From contig CM022673.1 in the NCBI GenBank assembly GCA_012295275.1, positions 26,660,001 to 26,724,000 on the forward strand: DNA of 64,000 nt, read 5' to 3'. The position numbers and the translations under genes are program-made. This DNA is from Chrysomallon squamiferum. Its lineage: Eukaryota; Animalia; Mollusca. Each line of letters begins with the position of its first letter. The first letter of the stretch is position 1. Below the pieces are notes generated by a model. The model was not told the origin of the DNA. It saw only the letters and a program-made list of their open reading frames with translations, and searched no databases. Positions 54,965 to 64,000 of the stretch are shown piece after piece.

Positions 54965-57900
54965 AATATAGGAAACTATTTTCTATAAGTAATAAACTGC
55001 TGACACCAAAATATACCAATTTTAAAAAATATATTATACCCTTTACAGGATCCATAATTAACAACATAAAAAAATTATTTTCCAAATTGTCAAAACAATT
55101 TATATGAATGCCTTTCAAATAGCAAAAACCACAAGCAGAAAATGTTATGCAGCTCATAAAAATAAAAATTAATAAAATTAGAAATGAAAAATTAATAGAA
55201 ATTACTTTTTTATGTCCATGTCTACATTAAAGGTGATGAATTTCATTAAAAAATATATACATATTCATGAAAAAAAATAAAGTTGATTGAGTTTTGAAAA
55301 CAAATGCCTACATTTAAATTAAAACTATTCATTACATTTAAAACAAAATCTATTGTATTTTTGTTTGTATAATTTATTAACACACAAATTATTATCAGTA
55401 CTGAAATACAAATACAAAATACATCAACATTTTACACTGATTATAGAAATGGATTTTCTTTAAAAATTATTTTTACAAAAAAATGTGGACTGTAACAGTG
55501 TTGAGTGGATATGTTTGTATGTCTGTGTGTATGTTTGTGGATTAACTGAAACACAAAAAAAGGAAAAGAAAGAAAATAAATGCCCAATATTTTTAAATTA
55601 TTCATCACAGTTCACAATGTATAAAATTGATAATTATTATTTCAGTCATTTTGAAAAAAAAAATAATAATAATTATAAAAAATTTAAAATAATAAAAAAA
55701 AATATATTTAATAAGATAATGTACGTGGTCTTTTTTTAACATTTAAACTGAGCTTTTATATAAAAAATATTGAATTTCTACGTCTGATGTCTAAATGCTG
55801 GTCAATAAACACATGTAAATGAAAAACAAAAACAAAGTTCATTCATTATATTTAAGGACAGAGACAGAGAGAGAAAAAAACATTTTGTATTTTTTTAACA
55901 GTAGTTTTTTTTTTTTTTTAAAAATTCACTGTTTAAATAAATTTTATATACACACACATTTCAGATACAAGTCCACAAGAAACCATCAAAGTACCTTCAC
56001 ATCCATTCAAACATTAACTAAAACTAAATACCCTTTGAAAACATTAAATAATATATTAACTGAAATAACAACATATTATGCAGAAATCAACATAATATTA
56101 AAACATAAATCATATACATTGCAAGGCACAAATAGAAAATTATAGTAAACAATTTTTTTTTTTTTTTTTTTACATTGTTTTCATAATTTAAAAATCCCTG
56201 AAAAATAATCACATAAATGCATTTTTATTAATAATTTTCCAAATTATGTCTAAGTTTATTACCTAATTACTTTTAATGATAATTTGTTTTTACATTAATA
56301 AATGTTCTCATTTGAATTTTAAGTTATGATCAGCTGCCAAAATACTGTTAATGTCAAATAATAGGTATAAAGGAGAGAGTAACATTTAAAAAACATTCCA
56401 CAGTTAATTCACATCAATTTTTTATAAATTGGTTAATAAAATGAATAAATATTTACAACACTATTACTAATTTCATCTATGTAATTTTTTTTTTTTTTTT
56501 TTTGTTTTATTTACAAAAATTTGGGAATATAGATACATAAAATTAAAACAGTCTTCCAAAATATTAAAGATTCAAAACAAAAGTATAATTTTAAAAATTT
56601 AAATATAGTTTACAGCAAGTGGGAATAAATTTATTAAAAAATTTATTATGAAAAAAAAAAAAAAAAAAAATAATAATGACTATTGGAAAATCAGGTTCCA
56701 AGTTAAATATTTAAATAATTTTTGAAGATATCTTTTTATTAATTATTTTTAATCAATCTATTTCATTAAAAAATTTACATTAATTGGATTATTGCTTTCC
56801 CCAAACTTGCAATTATGAAAATTCTGATTAAATAATAAAATATATGCTTTCCAAATATACGTCTACAACAGAACAAAAATCCAGCTGCATAGTCAATGTT
56901 AAAAAGTGTCTTTGGTCGCATAAACAAATTTTAGAAAATTTCCAAATTACTGTTTTGTTACTTATCATTATATCTTGTCACATGAAGTTATTTAAAATAC
57001 CCTGACAAACGGAGAGAATTACTTCAAAACAACCACCTGAGATTTTAATAAAGAAAAATGAAAAACACATCCTTGAAAGCTTGTTTTTTTTTTTTTTTAA
57101 ATCATCTCGAATTTTATAATGATGATTTTTAATTATTTGTTTACACTGCCGAAGACACAGTTTAAATTTCAAAGTTCAGATTAACACAATCATCTACTTT
57201 TAATATAAAACTATGTGTTTACAAGAGACATATATAGATCACAATTAGTTTATCGTACATAATTAAAACAATATACAAAGTAGGAAGAAAAAGAAACAAG
57301 AATTGTTTTTATCATGAAGATGTAAATATCACCTGAACATTTCAGATTAGCATTATATCCAGTTATAAGTAAGTATATATTAGTGTCTGCCAGTTTATGT
57401 TCTTGTTATTTAAATCAATCATTAGGCAAAGATCTCAATACAGGATTCAATCCATTTTCATTTTTTAGAAATGGGAGAAATAAATATTGTGGACAATATT
57501 ATTTTATATTTTTATGTGTTGCATAGCTGCACAGCAGACACAAGAAATCAAAAACTTTTAAAAAGTTTAAAATATTTTAAAGATCTTTTGCATTATATAG
57601 TGTAAAAGGTGATCATAAATATACTGCTAAAACTCAAAATAAAAAAATAAAAAAACATATTTTGGAAATGAATAATCGTAAACATAATTAAATTAATCAA
57701 AAATATTGGTCACTCATTCCAAATATTAGTTTCTAAATTTTTCAATGAATTAATTACTTCTTTTTTTAAGTAAATTTTTCATTAGTAAAATAATCAAAAA
57801 ATAAAAATAAAAAAAAAAATATATATATATATATATATTAAATATAATGTTAATAAAATAATAGTAATTTTGTTTTATCACCCTATGATTCGACTGGAAA

Positions 57901-58571
57901 CTTTTTTTGTAAATTGCATATGATTAAATTATTTATTTTTACTAATTATTTATAAAAAAAAACAAAACAATGTAGTTTTATTTTACCATTAAACTGTTCA
58001 ATTAATTCTTTCTAAATTCAGCATTTATTAAATATTCTTTATCACACGCCATGTATCAGAATTTTCTCTCTTTTTTAAATAATTTGATTTTATCAGAATT
58101 TTTAAAATAAAATTTCTTTCCAAATTGCCTAGTGAACGAAATGCACTTTTTTTTAAAAATTATTATAATTTTTTTTACCCTTGAATTTTTTTAACCTTTT
58201 TTTTTTTTTGTAAACCACCAAAAAAATGGACTGAAATGCATCTCATTAATTTCTAAAATCTCTGAAATGTTTCAAACATTATAATAACTAAACTTACCAC
58301 TACATTACCAGTCTTCAAACTGAACAGTAAATGCAAAATATCTTAAAATATTCTTTCCACTGGCTCGACAAGAATAAAAAAAAAATAAAATAAAATATTT
58401 TTAAATAATTAAATAACTGTGACACACACACATAGAGAGTAAGTGAACATCATTTTTTTTTTTGATGTTTTTTTTTTTTTTTTTTAAATGTTTCTTGATG
58501 TAAGTTTGAATATCAAATGAAATTAATTAAAACCGTGACTGAAGTTAGAAGAATTCCAAGCTGTGTGTCTT

Positions 58572-58720
58572 TTAACAAAAATTTAAAACTTTAATTGGCG
58601 GCTGTTTTAGCATCATCAGCTGGTCTCTGGGGGTCTGAGCCACTTCTGAATAGGGGGGTGGCTGGGGAACCTCTGCAGGTAGGCTGCCTGCATTCAGTGT
58701 CACAGGTGGGGATGCAGTGC
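58572..58720 (-). CDS. VOPP1: VOPP1/WBP1-family protein exon 6 (last coding)
   Basis: TTTTGCAG|GC TASPPVTLNAGSLPAEVPQPPPYSEVAQ..*; PPxY motif; phase matches exon 5. Confidence 0.85.
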
Positions 58721-59369
58721 CTGCAAAAAGTAAAAACACCTGAGTTAAAAAAAATCTTTTGTTTTCTTTAATTCTTTCTTGTTTGTTTTTCTGAAATATT
58801 TAATAATTTCTTTTTTTTTTTGTCTTAAAAACATTTATCTTTAATACTATTGACTTCTTTTAATTTTTTTATTTTTTTTTTTTTTTAGGGGGAGGCAATT
58901 TTAAAATTAATTTTTTTGTCATAAAAATATGTATCTTTAACACTAACAAGAAATAATTTTCATTTTTTTTGTTTTGGGGTGGTCAATTTTAAAATGTATT
59001 TATTATTTATTATTAATGTTTTTTGCCAATTTTATTATTTATTTATTTTATTATTATTTTTTTTTTTTTAATTATTCATTTGTTAATAATAAAATAACAT
59101 GGGAATGCAGTCTGTTTAATAATGAAATCGTTACATCTGTGTATAAAAATCTCAACAAAATCTCAACAGACTGATTAATTCATTGCAAAGATGTAATCTA
59201 AAGATGTCACTTTTTTATCTGTTACACTTGATTATAAGAAAAGGTTGGTATCATGAAAAAATAATAACATGCAAGTACACAAAATGTATTTAATGTGTTT
59301 CACTGTTTGTATATTGATATATCTGTTTATCCAGGCCAGTAATTAACTTTGTACATTAACCACATCTGT

Positions 59370-59478
59370 TAGACAAATAAATAAAAGTATTTCATATAAA
59401 CAAGTAAACACGCACACACACACAGACACACACTATCACACACAGACAAATAAATAAAAGTATTTCATATAAACAAGT

Positions 59479-59517
<39 letters not shown>

Positions 59518-59540
59518 CATACATAGACAAATAAATAAAA
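59370..59540. repeat. Short intronic tandem duplication (~73 bp, 2.3 copies) with (CA)n
   Basis: AGACAAATAAATAAAAGTATTTCATATAAACAAGTAAACAC repeated. Confidence 0.85.
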
Positions 59541-59606
59541 CTGTTAATATGAGCTACATGTAAAGTTGTTATCAGTATAATGTTAAAGTAATTTTGATAT
59601 ATTTAC

Positions 59607-59694
59607 CTAAATTGTGAGGTGAGAATGTGGGATTTTCTGGATATGGTGGTAATTCAGATTTGTTTGTTGGGTACATATCGGGTTGGGTCATAAC
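59607..59694 (-). CDS. VOPP1: VOPP1/WBP1-family protein exon 5
   Basis: TTTTCACAG| VMTQPDMYPTNKSELPPYPENPTFSPHNL G|GTAAAT; LPxY motif. Confidence 0.88.
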
Positions 59695-60208
59695 CTGTGA
59701 AAATAAATCAAAATACAAGCAATGAATTATATTTCTTGTGATATATAATTAAATATATTATGAAATATATAAAAAAAAAATTAAAGTTGATATGTATTAA
59801 TTATTCTTAAAATCTATTCAAAAAACAAAAAAGTTTTAATTACTTTAAATGACACTGTACTGTTAAATCTACATGTTATTACAAATAATTAAATAAATTT
59901 AATTTAAATATCTGGAACTCAGTTCATAAAACTTCTGTAAAATCAAATAAAACTATACAGCAGAATTTTTTTTTAAAACAGTGATTATTTTGTAAAAAAA
60001 AAAAAATAAAGAAAAATCGTTTAATTTAAATTTATTACTTTAAAATATTACAATTAAAATACTGGCAGTTTTCAAAAGATTTTTTTTTTTTAGTAAATGC
60101 TTTATATATACTTGTACTGATATTGCATTCATTAAATAATTAAAAAAAATTAAAATAAAAATAATAATCATAATAATCAAAATAATAATAATAAGGGAGG
60201 TAACTCAC

Positions 60209-60443
60209 ATCATAATAAGGGGGAGGTAAATTAGACATATCCTGGGCCTGGGGCGCTCCTGGTCCTGTGTATGCATAGTAAGCTGGTGTAGTTGCTGCAG
60301 GCATTGGACGAGGTGAGAGATGCTGCGCTGTTGTGCCGGCGATGCTGTGGCACTGGCGAGTCTGCTGCATCACCATGAGACGTCGACGTCTGTAATAACC
60401 ACAGCCTCCGAAACACGACATCATGATGAAGATGATAATAAAC
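60209..60443 (-). CDS. VOPP1: VOPP1/WBP1-family protein exon 4 (TM helix, polybasic stop-transfer, PPPYY)
   Basis: TTGCAG|G FIIIFIMMSCFGGCGYYRRRRL..NLPPPYYD |GTGAGT. Confidence 0.93.
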
Positions 60444-61158
60444 CTGCAAGTAAGAGTAACCATAGCAACAGCAGAGGTATAATAATGATAGTAGTAGTAG
60501 TAATACCAATAAAAATAATAATAATAATAATACCAATAAAAATAATAATAATAATAATAAAAGAATTAATAAAACAACAGTAACAACAAATGCAAAAGTA
60601 TTAACAGTAATGATAATAATAATAAAAATAATTAATAACAATTAATAACATCAACAACAAACATAATGATAATAATAATGATAATAATAACAATAATAAC
60701 AGTAACAACAACAATGCAAAAATATTAATAATGATAATGCTGATGCTACTACTACTACTATTACTACTACTAACAACAATAAAAGTCAATAAATATTAAA
60801 ATAATAAAGCAGTAACAGATGTATTGAAAATATTAACATTGCAAAAGATAATAATTATGTCACATTCAGTTAATGCTATATTTAATGTTCTGTCAACTTA
60901 TATCTTTAAAGATTAACAAAATTATTTTTTAATATTAGTATTAAGGAGTTTAATGGAGTAATATATGAATAAGACAAAATTAGAAAAAAATAATAATAAC
61001 AATAATAATAAAAATAAACCATTGCTTCTGTTGATTTTATCATCATTTTTTTTATACATTTTCAAATATGGATTTCATTAATGATCACTGTTTTAGTGTT
61101 CATTTAAAAAATTACATTCAACACCTTTGTTGGGTTAATGATTGTGTGAAAATTGTAC

Positions 61159-61284
61159 CAGAAGTACCACATGTTCCAGACATGTAGTTTAAAACTGCGG
61201 TTGTAGTAATCATTTGAATTGCGATCCAAACAGCAGGCCACCGAGCTCCCCCCGCAGCACTTGTATGGGGGATCACAGCTGAAC
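61159..61284 (-). CDS. VOPP1: VOPP1/WBP1-family protein exon 3 (Cys-rich luminal domain)
   Basis: TTTTCAG|G FSCDPPYKCCGGSSVACCLD..VWNMWYF(W) TG|GTAC; C-C-CC-CC pattern and WYFWF as in VOPP1. Confidence 0.93.
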
Positions 61285-62636
61285 CTGAAAAAAAAACAGT
61301 TTAAATTTATATACACTGATACAGAGAAACGATCCAAAATATGTACTACACACTTCCATGCTATCATTCCTTTCGACAGGTCTGTTTTATCATTCGCTTT
61401 GTTTTTGTCAACAAGTTTTAAGTTCTGTGTTTGTCAACAGATATGAGTTCTGTGTTATCATTCCTTTTGTTTTTGTCAACAAGTTTTTTTGGCAAATAAC
61501 TATGTAAATAATAGAATAGTCTAAATGTGTTCTGAATACTTCCAAGATACAATTCCCTTTGATGTTTATCAACCAGTCTTAATTAACAATGTAAAATAAT
61601 GTAAAAGTGAAGTTAAACATAGGAGAGATAGAATTTTTATCTCAAAATTGCTTTTACCAACAATGACATTTATGTAACTTTATAAGTTTGACCTACTTTT
61701 GCATATCTGTAAATCTATATGTTCTCTTATGTTCTCCCTTTAATTTTCCAATGGCCTTGTTCTGTTTATTGATATATACATGACTTTAGGGTATTTTAGG
61801 TTAAAAAAGTGACTCAGGCTATGGTAATTCCAACTTGTGGCAAAAATCGTCAAAGATCTTTGACATAACTCAAGGACGCCCAGAAAAAAATCAGGTCATT
61901 TATACTTCACATTTCATTTACTCTTCATTCATTCACTAACAACAACAACAACAACAACAATAATAATAATAAAGTTAAAAATATATTAACAATGAATGAA
62001 CATTTAAAAAAAAAAAAAAAAAAGTTAAATTATTCTTTTGTCATCTTTATTTGTTTATATATTTACTTATTTACTTACTTATTTATGTCTATATTATTAT
62101 TATTATGTTAAAACCTATGAAACAGCATTTAAAGACATCACGTGGGAGTTAATGGTTTAAAGTAATAAAATGAATAGTTCATCACATCTGTTACTCAACA
62201 GTTGTTAAAACAGTATAAAACTGAACGTTAATTAAACAGTTTTAGAATTAATTTTCCTCTGATCTTTCACTTATGCATGTAGAATAATTATTTTAAATTA
62301 ATAAATAAAATAATTTTTTTACATGTCATGTTCTGTATGCATAAATATCCATGTTTGATAAATCTATTTTTAAATTCTACCAAAAATAATAATAATAAAT
62401 GTGTTAGAACACTTGAAATATAAAATAAATTTGTTATGTTTTTATTGATGTGCTTTATAAAACAACATTTTTTACTACAATATGCTGAAACAAGAATAAT
62501 TATTATTTCTGTATTTGCTAACATGTATTCTCTGTTGATTAATTTTAAATTCATTTCTGATGATTTTAAATTATTTATTTATACAAAAACTGAACTTAAA
62601 TGTGCTAAATTATTTTAAGTATAAAAATGTACTTAC

Positions 62637-62668
62637 GATAAATCGCCATCACAGTATTCTGATAAAAC
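62637..62668 (-). CDS. VOPP1: VOPP1/WBP1-family protein exon 2 (32-nt exon)
   Basis: TTTTCCAG| VLSEYCDGDL TC|GTAAGT; supplies the first conserved Cys; phases fit both neighbours. Confidence 0.85.
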
Positions 62669-63440
62669 CTGGAAAAAAAAAAAATAATAATAAAAAATAA
62701 ACAACAAAACAAAAACTTGACCATATTTAAAATATTTCCAGACTAGTACCACCTACTAGACTTGTTTTTCATTAAATATCAAAATTTCAGTACAAGAAGA
62801 AAGAATTTTGATAGTTTTGTTGAGTTTAAATGAATCTAGTCTGTTTATATTACGTTTTTAATATCTGCAGCAGCTGTAAAGAAAAATATACAGTAAATCC
62901 TTAATAAAAGGGTAGACCTAAAGTTGGCTAAAGTGTATGATTACACTTTTCCGAAATATTAAGTTCAGGAAATCCTTAAAATAGTTATACTAATCATGAT
63001 CATGTGATTATTGTGAAATTATCTAACTTTTGGGTTCACAATTTACATATTACCATGAATGATATTATTGATATTTTTGAAAAGGTATCAACAAACGTGC
63101 CCTTAATAAAGACGCTAATACTTTACTATAATAATGTTTATTAATTATTCAATTAATAAATTATTCATTTTACTGTGTAATCAAATTATAATAATATAAG
63201 GTAATAATAATGACACAATTTAGCAAAGTCCGTTATTATCCTTTTAAAAGCACATATTTAACATGATAAAAAATTATTTCGTGTTCATTCAATTAGTATT
63301 TAACTATTTATTAATAACGACATCATCGTCGTTAAGACTGTTATGCTGTCATTATGTCATTTGTTCACTCAATTAGTGAATTACTGCGACTATTTTTTTT
63401 TTATTATTCTTTCGTCAGACACCAATAGGGTTTCACCTAC

Positions 63441-63509
63441 CTGTTCGAATTCTTGTAAAATAAGGAAAACTAAAAGATAGAGAATATGTGTGACGTCTTT
63501 GAACGTCAT
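63441..63509 (-). CDS. VOPP1: VOPP1/WBP1-family protein exon 1 (signal peptide)
   Basis: AAAATG MTFKDVTHILYLLVFLILQEFEQ CAG|GTAGGT. The six exons total 699 nt = 232 aa plus stop. Confidence 0.82.
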
Positions 63510-63770
63510 TTTGAAGTTTATATTTGAGAATTAACCACTTCTAGCTCTACTGCGAAAAAGACTGAACGAGAAACAGTTTTCTTTTTCTATTTCCGATTTT
63601 CTACCACACCTTGACCTTCATAAAAGTCTCGATAACCAAACAGTTATTACGTGCCAATAAAACGCATCGCCACGTTATGAAACACCGGTAGTGACATACC
63701 CAATTTTATTTACTTCCACTGACTGATTACCGAAAAGCGCATAACAGTTAGCACGTAATCGCTAATGAGT
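63510..63770 (-). promoter_or_regulatory. Probable 5'UTR/proximal promoter of the VOPP1-like gene
   Basis: CpG-containing, non-repetitive segment immediately upstream of the ATG. Confidence 0.4.
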
Positions 63771-64000
63771 TTTTATTATTATTTAGTATTCATTACTTTA
63801 TTTTATTTACTTTTTTTTTCTTTTTTCTTTTAATATTATGGGTCTTTGGTCTGAAAAAATAGTGTTCTAAGTTCATATACCATATAAGGACGTATTTCTA
63901 AAAAATATATATGAATTATTTTATTTATTTATTTTGTTTTATTTTATTTTATTATTTTAAATATTTACATGGTGATATTTTATATGACATACAGTGGTAT

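Overview
AT-rich, microsatellite-dense eukaryotic (metazoan, probably molluscan; inference) DNA with two convergent spliced genes. (1) On the + strand, 30895-47288, is a polypeptide N-acetylgalactosaminyltransferase (ppGalNAc-T/GALNT) of the Drosophila pgant9 / C. elegans gly-5 type: type II TM anchor, GT-A catalytic domain and ricin lectin. Seven exons are clean, three are partly scrambled or missing and the last carries a 2-nt frameshift. (2) On the - strand, 63509-58572, is a complete 6-exon, 232-aa VOPP1/WBP1-family (Shisa-like) single-pass PPxY protein. The first 30 kb has no credible coding exon, only repeats, degenerate TE remnants, CpG-richer islands and a ~0.5-kb-arm inverted repeat. 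The most striking observation is that three separate minisatellites inside the GALNT gene are tandem amplifications of the gene's own exon-intron junctions. There are ~15 copies of acceptor+'DHLKKPLEDY', 6 copies of 'PVR'+donor and ~8 copies of acceptor+'YWMLSKT'. The clean supernumerary copies lead to in-frame stops. The exon damage sits directly beside these arrays and looks like assembly consensus error from length-polymorphic alleles. Almost all entries in the supplied ORF track are spurious.
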